Shown here in pieces: positions 9,829 through 20,218 of a stretch of 64,000 nucleotides of DNA. The notes below the pieces were generated by a model. The model ran no database searches. It was not told the DNA's origin and saw only the letters and a list, made by a program, of their open reading frames with translations. Position numbers and translations under genes: made by a program. Within the stretch, counting starts at the first letter, position 1, and each line of letters begins with the position of its first letter. Location: positions 248,001-312,000 of IMG/VR virus record IMGVR_UViG_3300044640_001495; one strand, 5' to 3'.

Positions 9829-10198
9829 TTTCTAGTACCAGTATAGTGTCAATTTTAGCTCTAATCAGCTGATTGTTCAATGTGGTCTTTAATCCACCAT
9901 GTAGATTCTTAGGAAGACAATCCACGTTTGCCCAACAGATTGTGTCACTTGCATCCGTTAAGAATTCTAGATCAGTTAGACACACATATGTACCGTATTC
10001 AAATCCTCGATCTTCAGAAAGATACAGTTCAATAGGCAGTATCCTACCAACAGCATATCTAGACATCAGCTGCTCAGCATCTTCCAGCAATGTTGAATTT
10101 CTAGGAAATGTAGGCACAGTCCATTTTTGATCTTCAAGAATCAATAGAATTCTGCTAGTGTTTTTGGCAAGGAAAAGCAGTCCGGCACGTTGTTGCAT
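9806..10198 (-). CDS. degenerate NUDIX-fold protein
   Basis: Begins RAGLLFLAKNTSRILLI as NUDIX strands do, and has FEYGTYVC, but lacks the GX5EX7REUXEEXG box; late promoter TATAAGTA 4 nt upstream. Confidence 0.5.
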   Translation of the reverse strand: MQQRAGLLFLAKNTSRILLILEDQKWTVPTFPRNSTLLEDAEQLMSRYAVGRILPIELYLSEDRGFEYGTYVCLTDLEFLTDASDTICWANVDCLPKNLHGGLKTTLNNQLIRAKIDTILVLENDAKNTK

Positions 10199-10205
10199 CT
10201 TGTAC

Positions 10206-11846
10206 TTATACAGGATCTAGATCAAACCTCCAGTATCCTGATGCATACTCTCCTTCGAAACTCTTCATCCATTGACCATCACTGCCCCAACGATACTGTA
10301 CCCCAGTTTTTAAATTTTGGAACAGTAGACTGATCTTGTCAAATTTATCATTGTTTTCTGGAATATCAGTGTTTTCAATCTGAGTAATATTGGCATTGGC
10401 CTTGTAGGCAACTCCATCATAGATCACAATCTGATTCACGGTATAGGCTACAAGAGCCGCAGTAGAAGGGCTAGGAGTAGATACCATCCATTCTGGCATA
10501 AGGTTAACCCAAGCTGCACCGCTCCATTCAATGATAGAATTGGCTATAATTACAGGATCGCTACCGTTGAGATTTTTCCAACCATCCGGACCATCGTAGT
10601 TGAATGTGGGATTGAATGGAGGTGTATCGACCTGTGTGCCCACGTTTGAACTGTTGTTAACGTCTTCTAACACCAAATATCGTGTGCCTGCTACCAATGG
10701 TTGGTCCGCAGTTTCTTTGTTGGGACGTTTGGGATTAAACTTGTAGGGATCTACTATGGCATCTATAGTGGTTCTACCACTGGGGTACACTGAACTCACT
10801 ACTACTGTATTGGAAGGCTTGTCCTCTAGATTGACCAGCAGTAGAGTGGGGTCAATCTCGTTGACCACAAACGTGCCGCCCAGTTCATTACCATCTGCCT
10901 GTAAGAAAAATATTTTGCTGATACCATTGATATAACCACCATACAGCGCAATAATGGCATTCCAATCAATTGGATCACCGGTTTTTGTTGGTGGCTCAAG
11001 TCCGTTAGCCAGCAAGGCTTCATTTGGCGCCACGATGGATACATCATAATCATTGGCTTGATTGTTGTTGCTTTTCAACAGTAAAATTCTAAAATTGGCC
11101 TGTGTGTTAGGAGTGCGAACGAGACTGGGTGATCCTGCATAGATCAAATCATCCAACGACAGAATATCACCAGTATCACCAAACACATTTGCAACGATAT
11201 TTCTCACCACGCCCAACTTCTTAACCTTGGTAGGCGGACTGATATAGATAGGCATTTTAAATTCTATGCTGCAAATGTCTATGTCACTGTCTGCGCCTTG
11301 AGGGATAGTACGTGAACTAAAGTTCAATGTGGCTAGATCGATCACACTTAGACTGGTCCAGTCAATGTAGTTGTCTGTGGTTTGTATTTCCAAGCTGGGA
11401 TTGAACAGCACCAAAATCTGTTCCATTAGTTGTAGCTTTTGATCAGTGTTTGAAGTCCATATATCCGCTTTCATTGACAGTTTGAAAGGAGTAGGCATGA
11501 GTCTTTCCACTGTGTACCCTGCTCCTTGATAATTTTTATAGTTAATTTCACCGTCAACACTGTCATAGGCACGTTCACTGATGTTGAGCTTGCTGACAAA
11601 ACTAGCATCAGCCAGCCTAGAAGTGTCTAACTCAAGTCCTGAAATATAACAGGCAATTTTTGGCACTGTGGACATCTTGTTTTCGCTGTTGTCTTTAATT
11701 ATACTGGCCACTTGTCTAGTAAGATCGCCATACATCACAGGCACATGGCGCAGAGTGTCGTCACCAGCCTTGTATTTAAATCCTATGAACACACGCATGA
11801 ACTGTGTGACATATCGTCTTATCTGCCCGTCATAAAAATAGTCCAT
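10206..11846 (-). CDS. tail sheath stabiliser / completion protein, T4 gp15-like, with C-terminal extension
   Basis: MDYFYDGQIRRY, VPVMYGD, PTPFKL..ADIWTSNTDQKLQLMEQILVLFNP; adjacent to gp14 and gp13. Confidence 0.75.
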   Translation of the reverse strand: MDYFYDGQIRRYVTQFMRVFIGFKYKAGDDTLRHVPVMYGDLTRQVASIIKDNSENKMSTVPKIACYISGLELDTSRLADASFVSKLNISERAYDSVDGEINYKNYQGAGYTVERLMPTPFKLSMKADIWTSNTDQKLQLMEQILVLFNPSLEIQTTDNYIDWTSLSVIDLATLNFSSRTIPQGADSDIDICSIEFKMPIYISPPTKVKKLGVVRNIVANVFGDTGDILSLDDLIYAGSPSLVRTPNTQANFRILLLKSNNNQANDYDVSIVAPNEALLANGLEPPTKTGDPIDWNAIIALYGGYINGISKIFFLQADGNELGGTFVVNEIDPTLLLVNLEDKPSNTVVVSSVYPSGRTTIDAIVDPYKFNPKRPNKETADQPLVAGTRYLVLEDVNNSSNVGTQVDTPPFNPTFNYDGPDGWKNLNGSDPVIIANSIIEWSGAAWVNLMPEWMVSTPSPSTAALVAYTVNQIVIYDGVAYKANANITQIENTDIPENNDKFDKISLLFQNLKTGVQYRWGSDGQWMKSFEGEYASGYWRFDLDPV

Positions 11847-13111
11847 TACTCGTCCGCCTTGGGTCTAAGAGCCTTGCTGAGGCTTTGTTTTTCTTTGATT
11901 GTTTTACCGTTCAACACAGCCTCTGCATTGTTATTGATAAAACTGGTTTTGTGTGTGAGTCGCACATCCTTGTCAAGGAACACATCATTAGGAGACCCAC
12001 CCGCTGCCACATCTTCGGCGCCCATGTTGCTCATGGTCATTCTAGTGACATCTTCTACTTTTACCCAACGTGTGCCGTTGTATCGAAATAGACGCTTGGG
12101 TAAAAAATCGTTGCGTAGACAAAATTGACCGACGCTTGGCTGCAGAGGAAAACTAATGCCAGCTGAAAATGGAGCGCCGTTGGGAGGTACACCATCTCCG
12201 TCGCCAGTTCCTGGGCCATCATATTCCGGACTTTGATATATGGTGCTGGCTGTGTTGCCAACATATATTGGATCGTTATTTTGGTCGAACAACGGATTGC
12301 CTTCGGCATCGGTGGCCTGTGTTTGGAAACTGGCCAATGACGTGGTCAAAGATGCATCAACTAATTCTACCTTACCGTCTGAATCTTTCTGAATCATGTA
12401 ATGGCGAGTCGTATCGTAGCCACTCTTGGGCGCATCAGATTCTGCTTGATTCAGCACTGCCTGAGTGATCTGCATTTCCTTTTCATAGGTGCTCATGATA
12501 TCACGCAGTGATTGATCGCTACCTTCTCCAGCTGCTCCATCTAGAATTTCTTTGAATTCTTGACTGTCTACCAACGGCTTGCACTTGGCACGATATAAAT
12601 GCGGGTACCAAGTCACAGAAAATCCTTCGGCTGCTCGGTTAACTTCTTCTACCACAAAGAAACGCTTCAAGGCAAATTGAAAATCATTCAGCGCATACTC
12701 GTCTTTGAGATGCGGAAGTTCTATAACATCGCCGGATATTATTTTTCTACCTAGTTTCTCCACAGTGTCATTGATATGAAATGTAATAAAAATTGTGTCA
12801 TTTTGTAGGAATAAACCAAATTGACTGAGGTTGAAATCTATGTCCTGCAGACTATATACCCCTCGCAATTGATAAATGTCAGTGTCGTATTTACGATCTC
12901 TATTTTCTAAAAATAACAGATCCTGTATGTTACTGACACTGTTGCCTACATAATTAGGTGTAGTATCTGTGGTTTCTGTACTGCTTCCAGGGCCGATGTA
13001 CTTGTGAACCAGCACGTCGGTGCCGCCCACTTGAAACATTTCCCAGGCAGTTTTATCAATGAATTTATAATCGTTGCCTTTTTCGGGCCGATATAGTGAG
13101 AGTCTTGGCAT
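11846..13111 (-). CDS. neck protein, T4 gp14-like (start probably ATG 13111 or 13117, not 13162)
   Basis: LFLENRDRKYD, DFNLSQFGLFLQND, GRKIISGDVIELP; divergent late promoter just upstream. Confidence 0.7.
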   Translation of the reverse strand: MPRLSLYRPEKGNDYKFIDKTAWEMFQVGGTDVLVHKYIGPGSSTETTDTTPNYVGNSVSNIQDLLFLENRDRKYDTDIYQLRGVYSLQDIDFNLSQFGLFLQNDTIFITFHINDTVEKLGRKIISGDVIELPHLKDEYALNDFQFALKRFFVVEEVNRAAEGFSVTWYPHLYRAKCKPLVDSQEFKEILDGAAGEGSDQSLRDIMSTYEKEMQITQAVLNQAESDAPKSGYDTTRHYMIQKDSDGKVELVDASLTTSLASFQTQATDAEGNPLFDQNNDPIYVGNTASTIYQSPEYDGPGTGDGDGVPPNGAPFSAGISFPLQPSVGQFCLRNDFLPKRLFRYNGTRWVKVEDVTRMTMSNMGAEDVAAGGSPNDVFLDKDVRLTHKTSFINNNAEAVLNGKTIKEKQSLSKALRPKADE

Positions 13112-13118
13112 AGTCATA

Positions 13119-13130
13119 TATTTATAAATA
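13119..13130. promoter_or_regulatory. overlapping divergent late promoters (TATTTATAAATA)
   Basis: TATAAATA on + at 13123-13130 (5 nt to ATG 13136) and on - at 13119-13126 (7 nt to ATG 13111). Confidence 0.85.
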
Positions 13131-13135
13131 ACAGT

Positions 13136-13894
13136 ATGAGCCAAATTGATCAATCCAAACAAGGTGTTTACGACTACTGCAAAGCTATGCTGGGCGACGG
13201 CATGATCGATGTAGAACTAGACCCTATACATTATGAAACTGCCCTAAGTCGCAGTTTGGGCGTTTTCCGCCAACGTTCAGATAATGCTGTAGAAGAAAGT
13301 TATATGTTTTTGACATTACAAGAAAATCAAAATGACTATATTCTACCCAAAGAAGTGCAACAGGTTCGACAAATCTTTCGCCGGAGCATTGGATCACGCA
13401 CCGGCAACGGATCAGGCGGTACAGTATTTGAACCGTTTAACTTGGCTTACACAAACACCTATTTGTTAAGTTCTACTAACATGGGTGGCTTGCTAACCTA
13501 TGAATTGTTTAGTCAGTATCAAGAACTAGTAGGTAAAATGTTCGGATCGTTTATTAATTTTAATTGGCATCCACAAAGTCGCAAGTTAACTATTCTACAA
13601 CGTCCTCGTGGATTTGAAGAAATTATGATTCAGGTGTATAATACCAAACCAGATTTTGCTATCATTGACGATACTTATGCAGGACAGTGGATCAAAGATT
13701 ACACATTAGCTAACTGTAAAATGATGCTAGGTCAGGCACGTGAAAAGTTTGCTCAAATTGCAGGACCTGGAGGTGGATCAAGCCTTAACGGTGCAGCAAT
13801 GAAATCAGAAGCCACTGCTGATCTAGAAAGACTAACCAAAGAACTAGAAACTCTAGTATCTGGCGGATCTGGGTACACATTTATCATAGGCTAA
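13136..13894 (+). CDS. neck protein, T4 gp13-like
   Basis: DYCKAMLGDGMIDVEL, WIKDYTLANCKMMLGQAREKF, LNGAAMKSEA. Confidence 0.8.
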   Translation: MSQIDQSKQGVYDYCKAMLGDGMIDVELDPIHYETALSRSLGVFRQRSDNAVEESYMFLTLQENQNDYILPKEVQQVRQIFRRSIGSRTGNGSGGTVFEPFNLAYTNTYLLSSTNMGGLLTYELFSQYQELVGKMFGSFINFNWHPQSRKLTILQRPRGFEEIMIQVYNTKPDFAIIDDTYAGQWIKDYTLANCKMMLGQAREKFAQIAGPGGGSSLNGAAMKSEATADLERLTKELETLVSGGSGYTFIIG

Positions 13895-13898
13895 TGTC

Positions 13899-13927
13899 TT
13901 GACCTTGTGCTAATTCTATAGTATAAT
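13899..13927 (+). promoter_or_regulatory. sigma70-type promoter TTGACC-N17-TATAAT
   Basis: Near-consensus boxes with a 17-nt spacer; AGGAG SD before ATG 13946. Confidence 0.75.
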
Positions 13928-13945
13928 TGCTTATAGGAGACAATT

Positions 13946-14602
13946 ATGATTATTGGAATTTGCGGGTTTATCGGTTCAGGCAAGGACACAGTGGCTGACT
14001 ATCTAGTCAACTTCCACGAATTTAGACGAGAATCATTTGCCAGCACACTTAAAGATGCTGTTGCCGCAGTGTTCGGGTGGGATCGTACCATGCTAGAAGG
14101 TCGTACTAAACAGGCTCGAGAGTGGCGTGAACAAGTAGACCCGTGGTGGGCAGAACGTTTAGATATGCCAACGCTAACTCCACGCTGGGTATTACAATAC
14201 TGGGGTACTGAAGTTTGCCGCAAAGCCTTTCATGACGATATCTGGATTGCCTCCCTAGAAAATAAAATTCGAAATTCACGAGACCATGTGGTTATTTCAG
14301 ATTGCCGCTTCCCTAACGAAATACAGGCCATAAAAAATGCAGGCGGCAAGATCTATTGGGTACAACGTGGTGATCTACCAGAATGGTATGATGATGCTGT
14401 GTTGGCTAACAGTGGTAGCAATGTAGGATTAAACAGCATGAAGATGAAAAAAATTCATGCTAGTGAGTGGGCGTGGATCGGTTGTGAATTTGACGCTGTT
14501 CTTGACAACAACGGATCGATAGACGAACTATACAATAGATCAGAAAGCCTAGTAATCGGCGACAAGATCTCCCTGCCGCCAGATAATACCGTCCTTGCTT
14601 AA
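13946..14602 (+). CDS. deoxynucleoside monophosphate kinase, T4 gp1-like
   Basis: P-loop GFIGSGKDT, SFASTLKD, LQYWGTEVCR, SDCRFPNE. Confidence 0.9.
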   Translation: MIIGICGFIGSGKDTVADYLVNFHEFRRESFASTLKDAVAAVFGWDRTMLEGRTKQAREWREQVDPWWAERLDMPTLTPRWVLQYWGTEVCRKAFHDDIWIASLENKIRNSRDHVVISDCRFPNEIQAIKNAGGKIYWVQRGDLPEWYDDAVLANSGSNVGLNSMKMKKIHASEWAWIGCEFDAVLDNNGSIDELYNRSESLVIGDKISLPPDNTVLA

Positions 14603-14884
14603 TACGCTTACGCAATTAGCGCATACTGTTTTTAGATTGCTGTGACGACAATTGTCTAAATCACCGTCAACGTGAAATACTCTAAAAACTTCCGGGTGTA
14701 TTGATTTAAATCCGCACTTGTCGCATTGGTTTTTTATTCTATACCCTGCTCTAAACCAGCGGGGTATTCCATGATTAACTCCGTGAGCCATGCAGATTTC
14801 GCACAATGATCTATAATAGATCTTGTTGTTCTTTTTATAGTTAACAGCACGGGGTCTTTGCCCGCATCTACAAAGCGGTCTCAT
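14549..14884 (-). CDS. small Zn-binding HNH-like protein (start probably ATG 14884)
   Basis: CxC..CxxC N-terminus, CDKCG, FHVDGDLDNC..NLKTVCANC (HNH-like); late promoter TGTAAATA 5 nt upstream. Confidence 0.6.
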   Translation of the reverse strand: MRPLCRCGQRPRAVNYKKNNKIYYRSLCEICMAHGVNHGIPRWFRAGYRIKNQCDKCGFKSIHPEVFRVFHVDGDLDNCRHSNLKTVCANCVSVLSKDGIIWRQGDLVADY

Positions 14885-14949
14885 AAACATATTTACACCT
14901 TTTCAGCCCCTTTTTCATCTAGTATAACAGGCCAATTTTAGCGGATACC

Positions 14950-14957
14950 GCTAAATA
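14950..14957 (+). promoter_or_regulatory. late promoter GCTAAATA for tail sheath/tube
   Basis: Late motif followed by an AGGAGA SD before ATG 14989. Confidence 0.7.
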
Positions 14958-14988
14958 ATATGAGCAACTATTACCAGGAGAAAATGGG

Positions 14989-17900
14989 ATGGCACTACAA
15001 TCACCAGGCGTACAAGTTACGGTAATCGACGAGAGTTTTTATACACCAGCAGAACCTGGTACGACTCCTCTTATCGTTATAGCTACCGCAGAAAGTAAAT
15101 CTAATGCAGCAGGCACGGGCACTGCTGCTGGTACCACGCAGGCAAATGCTGGCAAGGTATTTAAAATTACCAGCCAACGAGAATTGGTCGACACATATGG
15201 TGTGCCGTTCTTTGAAAAGACGGCTTCGTCAAGCCCTATACACGGCAGCGAAAGAAACGAATACGGACTATTAGCAGCATACAGCTTTTTAGGCGTCAGT
15301 AATTCAGCATTTATTGTACGTGCAGACGTCGACTTAGATGAACTGCAAGGCCAAACTTCTGCTCCTGGAGCAGAACCAGCTGACGGACAGTGGTGGTTTG
15401 ATACTAGAGCAACATCATACGGTATTCAAGAATGGAATTCAGCCGCTGCATCGACTACAGGTGGTCAAAAGTTTGCATTGAAAATTCCTCTAGTACTTAC
15501 CGATGATGACAGTGCAAAAATAAATTCAGGCACTAATGCTCCAAAAGATTCTGTGGGCGCTGTTGGAGACTATGCTGTAGTGGCACAGACCATAGGTGAC
15601 ACAGGTGAGGCAGGATTCAGCCTTGCCAAAGAAGCAATTAAAATTTACTACAAACGCAACCAAGCTCTGCTAGGTGGCGATCATTGGGTCGAAGTTGGTA
15701 GCCAAGATTGGGCAGGAAGTCATCCCACAGTGTCGGGCGCCAGCACAGTGACCACAGTCACTCCTAGCCAAACTTTTTCTATCAACGGCACAACTATTAC
15801 AACGCCAGGCACCCCTACACTAGCAGGCTTTTTAACTTATTTCAACGGTGGCCTCGGTGGCCTAGTTACTGGTGTACGAGCAGTGGCATTGAACAGCCGA
15901 TTGTATTTGTACACAGACGGAGCCACTGAAACAGATGGTGACTCTGCTCTAGCAAACTCTATCACTATTGCCGGTAGTACCGCAGCGGGCTCAGCACTGG
16001 CACAGTTAGGTCTTACTACTGGTACATTTTACGGACCAGCAATACAACAGACACCGCACACTAGTGTACCAGAGTGGAAGTCAACAAACACTAAACCACG
16101 TCCAACAGGTTCTGTGTGGATCAAAACCACTGAACCCAACTTTGGAGCAAGATACATTGTCAAACAATGGAATTCAGCTACTAAGACTTGGGTGACCTAT
16201 TCTGCTCCTGTCTACTCAAGCACACACGCTGCCTTGTATTATCTAGATCGCAGTGGTGGTGGACAAGGCATTGCAACAGATAATTTATTTGTTCAAAGCA
16301 ACAGCGATGAAAACAGCAACTATGACACGTCACCAGAAACTGCGTCATTTAGAATTTTCAAAAGAGCAACCACAGGCAATACCGTGGTAACATCCAATCC
16401 TATAATTTCTGGCACATTTAGTGTAGGATCAAACACATTCACATTCAAGGCATCCAGCAAAGGTAATTTAACATTGGATACTGCCAGCTCAGTGAGCTTT
16501 ACTGCTCTAGGCACAGTAGGCGATGCAGAACTAATGGCCACAGCAATAAATGCTGTAGGCAGCACCACTGTTGAAGCTTCTGTGACTGCAGACAATGCGG
16601 TACAAATCATTCATAAAGAAGGTGGTGACATACGTTTTACAGATGGCACAGGCGCACCAATAAGTGATATATTCACTGCCTATAACATCGACACAGGCAC
16701 TGGTACACAGAATATGTACACACCAGGCTCTGGTGCTGCAGAAACTTTCCTTGCAACAAATTGGATTCCATTGGCTGCAGAAGATTTTGCTGCATCTGCT
16801 ACTGCACCTTTGGCCGAACCACAAGACGGACAACTATGGTACACTCCGGTGTTTGATCAAGTAGATATCATGGTACACAACGGTGATATCTGGGTTGGAT
16901 ATAAAACAACAACCAGTCCTTACTATGCTGCAAGCGCAGTTGATAAAACTGATCCAGCAGGACCAATTGTGGCGGCCAGCGAGCCAACAAAACAAAGCGA
17001 CGGGACAGATTTGAAAAATGGTGACTTGTGGATCAGCACAGCCGATCTAGAAAACTTCCCAACTATCTATCGTTATGATGGTCTGGCCCTAGAATGGGTG
17101 TTAGTTGACAAGACTGATCAGACCACAGAAGACGGTATCTTGTTTGCAGACGCTAGATACGGATCAAGTGGCGCTTCAGGTAACACAGCAGCCACTATCG
17201 GAGATCTGTTGTTAAGCAACTATGTAGATTTTGACTGTCCAGATCCAGCACTATACCCCAAAGGCATGCTGCTGTGGAATTTACGCAGAAGTGGCGGTAA
17301 TGTCAAAAGATACAGCAATAATTACATTGACACAGCAGCCGATAACGTGCGTTACGAAGCTTTATACAACGACAACGGCTCCAGTCCAGTTACCGGCGAC
17401 AGTCAAAGCGCCTACGCAACCGATCGTTGGGTCACAGCTTCACCAAACAACGAAGACGGGTCAGGCAGCTTTGGTCGCAAAGCACAGCGCAGTCTGGTTG
17501 TGCAAAAACTCAAATCTGCGATTGACACCAGTTCAGAAGCCAGAGATGAAGAACGTAGAAACTTTAATTTGATCGCTTGCCCAGGATATCCAGAAGCCTA
17601 CAGCAATTTGATCAACTTAAACCTAGATAGAGGAGTCACAGCATTTGTGGTAGCTGATACTCCACTACGTTTGCCGTCAGATGCAACCAGCCTCACAGCC
17701 TGGGGCACCAATGCTAATGGCGCACTAGACAACAATGATACAGGTATTGTTAGCTACGACGAATATTCAGCTGTGTATTATCCCAATGGATTTACCACTG
17801 ACCTAAGTGGTGCTAACGCAGTGGTTCCTGCATCACACATGATGTTGAGAACTATCGCTCTCAGCGACCAAGTTAGTTATCCATGGTTTGCACCAGCAGG

Positions 17901-18408
17901 CACACGTCGCGGCGGCATTACCAATGCCACAGCAGTGGGATACATTGATGCAGACACAGGAGAATTCCAGTCAGTGGCGTTGAATGAAGGTCAACGCGAC
18001 ACGCTGTATGATCTCAAAGTAAATCCAATTCCATTCTTTGTTGGAGTAGGACTAGTTGCATATGGTCAAAAGACTCGTGCTAGAAATGCCAGTGCATTGG
18101 ATCGTATCAATGTATCACGTCTTGTAGTTTATCTACGCAGTCAGCTAAACAAACTTGCTCGTCCGTATATCTTTGAACCCAATGACAAGATTACCAGAGA
18201 TGAAATCAAAGGGGCTGTTGAGAGTCTGTTGATTGAGTTGGTAGGCTTAAGAGCGTTGTATGATTTTGCCGTGGTCTGCGATGAGTCAAACAACACACCA
18301 ACAAGAATTGATCGCAATGAGTTGTATGTTGACATAGCGATTGAGCCAGTCAAAGCGATTGAATTTATCTATATTCCATTGCGTATCAAGAACACAGGAG
18401 AAATTTAA
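14989..18408 (+). CDS. tail sheath protein, T4 gp18-like (1139 aa, with insertions)
   Basis: MALQSPGVQVTVIDES, PWFAPAGTRRG, YGQKT, LDRINVSRL, IFEPND, IEPVKAIEFIYI. Confidence 0.95.
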   Translation: MALQSPGVQVTVIDESFYTPAEPGTTPLIVIATAESKSNAAGTGTAAGTTQANAGKVFKITSQRELVDTYGVPFFEKTASSSPIHGSERNEYGLLAAYSFLGVSNSAFIVRADVDLDELQGQTSAPGAEPADGQWWFDTRATSYGIQEWNSAAASTTGGQKFALKIPLVLTDDDSAKINSGTNAPKDSVGAVGDYAVVAQTIGDTGEAGFSLAKEAIKIYYKRNQALLGGDHWVEVGSQDWAGSHPTVSGASTVTTVTPSQTFSINGTTITTPGTPTLAGFLTYFNGGLGGLVTGVRAVALNSRLYLYTDGATETDGDSALANSITIAGSTAAGSALAQLGLTTGTFYGPAIQQTPHTSVPEWKSTNTKPRPTGSVWIKTTEPNFGARYIVKQWNSATKTWVTYSAPVYSSTHAALYYLDRSGGGQGIATDNLFVQSNSDENSNYDTSPETASFRIFKRATTGNTVVTSNPIISGTFSVGSNTFTFKASSKGNLTLDTASSVSFTALGTVGDAELMATAINAVGSTTVEASVTADNAVQIIHKEGGDIRFTDGTGAPISDIFTAYNIDTGTGTQNMYTPGSGAAETFLATNWIPLAAEDFAASATAPLAEPQDGQLWYTPVFDQVDIMVHNGDIWVGYKTTTSPYYAASAVDKTDPAGPIVAASEPTKQSDGTDLKNGDLWISTADLENFPTIYRYDGLALEWVLVDKTDQTTEDGILFADARYGSSGASGNTAATIGDLLLSNYVDFDCPDPALYPKGMLLWNLRRSGGNVKRYSNNYIDTAADNVRYEALYNDNGSSPVTGDSQSAYATDRWVTASPNNEDGSGSFGRKAQRSLVVQKLKSAIDTSSEARDEERRNFNLIACPGYPEAYSNLINLNLDRGVTAFVVADTPLRLPSDATSLTAWGTNANGALDNNDTGIVSYDEYSAVYYPNGFTTDLSGANAVVPASHMMLRTIALSDQVSYPWFAPAGTRRGGITNATAVGYIDADTGEFQSVALNEGQRDTLYDLKVNPIPFFVGVGLVAYGQKTRARNASALDRINVSRLVVYLRSQLNKLARPYIFEPNDKITRDEIKGAVESLLIELVGLRALYDFAVVCDESNNTPTRIDRNELYVDIAIEPVKAIEFIYIPLRIKNTGEI

Positions 18409-18410
18409 AA

Positions 18411-19052
18411 ATGGCACTAACTTCCTTAAATAGAATTTCGGTTCCTACCTCAGGAGCCAACAGCGGCACAGCTTTGCTGATGCCAAAACTAAAATATCGC
18501 TTTCGGGTGATACTACTAGGATTTGGTGTTGAGGCCAGCACAGAACTAACAAAACAAGTTAGTGATGTAAGTAGACCAACTGTAACATTTGAAGAAATGA
18601 CTATTGAAGTCTACAACTCAAAAGTCAAACTGGCTGGTAAACCAAGTTGGGGAGATGTCACATTAAATCTACGAGACGATGCCAACGGCCAGGTGCAGAA
18701 AATTGTTGGTCAACAGGTACAAAAGCAGTTTGACTTCATGGAACAGGCCAGCGCCCGTTCAGGTATTGATTACAAATTCCAAATGAACATCGAAATGTTA
18801 GATGGTGGCAATGGTAGTTTTGAACCAAACATCCTTGAAAAATGGGAAACGTATGGTTGCTATGTATCAGAAGTCAACTATGGTGAAGCCAACTATGGTT
18901 CCAATGAACCAATGACAGTGGCTCTTACTATCAAGTATGACAATGCTGTACAGTTCGCAGGTGGCACAGGCACAGGCACAGCACGAGGTATCGGTGCAGT
19001 TGTAGGCCGAAGTCTTGGCGAGGCTGTAACAGGCCGCGGCAGCTCGAACTAA
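18411..19052 (+). CDS. tail tube protein, gp19-like
   Basis: MPKLKYRFRV, KLAGKPSWGDVTLNLRDD, WETYGCY, TIKYDNA; directly after sheath with an AGGAG SD. Confidence 0.85.
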   Translation: MALTSLNRISVPTSGANSGTALLMPKLKYRFRVILLGFGVEASTELTKQVSDVSRPTVTFEEMTIEVYNSKVKLAGKPSWGDVTLNLRDDANGQVQKIVGQQVQKQFDFMEQASARSGIDYKFQMNIEMLDGGNGSFEPNILEKWETYGCYVSEVNYGEANYGSNEPMTVALTIKYDNAVQFAGGTGTGTARGIGAVVGRSLGEAVTGRGSSN

Positions 19053-19067
19053 TATCAACCGCTGATC

Positions 19068-19097
19068 AAAAACCCGGATTAATCCCCGGGTTTTTTT
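19068..19097 (+). terminator. Rho-independent terminator
   Basis: AAAAACCCGG-loop-CCGGGTTTTTTT after the tube gene. Confidence 0.85.
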
Positions 19098-19113
19098 ACG
19101 GCTAAATAATTAT

Positions 19114-20217
19114 ATGTCAAATGTATTCACAAGATTTCTCGGCGGTGTAGGAGAAGGGTTACTTACACCCAAAGGCGGCCTCGCGGATTTCCGTCATGCC
19201 AGCAAACTGTTTGTTGAAAACGGCTACCGGCTTATGCCTCGCACCAAGTTCATGTTTTATGTGCGGTTTGAGATTGATAAAACAGTATTATCATCACCGG
19301 TATTCACTAACACTCATGCAGACGAAATTGGTTATCTTATCAAGAGTACTGATCTGCCTAAATTTAAATTTGAAACAGTCACCAAAAATCAATACAATAG
19401 AAAACACATAATTTATAAAAATTTTACCTATGAAGGTATCTCAATGAAATTCCATGACGACAGTGCAGGAGTAATCAATGCATTGTGGGCATTATACATG
19501 GGAACCTATGTACAAGATCGATTCAATCCCGAGGCAGCATTTAGCAAGACAAATCTTGCCGCTTCCGGAACTACATTTCAAGGCTTTAGATACAGTCTCG
19601 ACAAGCAGGGAAAAACTGTGGACTTTTTTAAGTCTATTACTATATATACTATGAGTCGTCGTAGGTTTTTAGGATATACATTAATCAATCCTAAAATTAC
19701 AAGTTGGCAACACGGTGATGCCGGATATAGTGCAAATGAATTTAATGAAACTACAATGAATATAGAATATGAGTCTGTAGTCTACAGCTCAGGAAGTGTT
19801 GCTAAGAATACTCCCAAAGGATTTGCTAACTTATACTACGATAGTGTGCCAAGTCCATTAACTGTAGCAGGCGGCGGCGTCGGAAACTTATTAGGCGAAG
19901 GCGGTGTACTAGACGGACTCGAAAGTATATTCGGAGATGTCAGTAGCGGAGCTGCATTTGGCAGTGTAGGAGGATTCCTTGGCACCGCCATTGCCGCAGT
20001 GAATACTGCAAAAAATATTGGAAAACTATCCAAGGCAAGCCTGCGAGCAGAAGCCATAGGATTATTAAGTAGTCCTGCTGCTATTGGAGGTATTATCAAT
20101 ACCGTAGGCGGAACTTTGGGATCAGTGTTTCCAAAAAACAACGGCGGCAACGGTGGTACACAGGCCACGCAACGCTCAATCGCCCCACCGCCACAAGACC
20201 TAGGACAATTCTTATAA
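19114..20217 (+). CDS. baseplate/tail-tube initiator, gp48/gp54-like tube-fold protein
   Basis: STDLPKF..TKNQYNRK, MKFHDD, LINPKITSWQHGD, MNIEYESV (tube fold); late promoter GCTAAATA 5 nt upstream. Confidence 0.65.
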   Translation: MSNVFTRFLGGVGEGLLTPKGGLADFRHASKLFVENGYRLMPRTKFMFYVRFEIDKTVLSSPVFTNTHADEIGYLIKSTDLPKFKFETVTKNQYNRKHIIYKNFTYEGISMKFHDDSAGVINALWALYMGTYVQDRFNPEAAFSKTNLAASGTTFQGFRYSLDKQGKTVDFFKSITIYTMSRRRFLGYTLINPKITSWQHGDAGYSANEFNETTMNIEYESVVYSSGSVAKNTPKGFANLYYDSVPSPLTVAGGGVGNLLGEGGVLDGLESIFGDVSSGAAFGSVGGFLGTAIAAVNTAKNIGKLSKASLRAEAIGLLSSPAAIGGIINTVGGTLGSVFPKNNGGNGGTQATQRSIAPPPQDLGQFL

Positions 20218-20218
20218 T

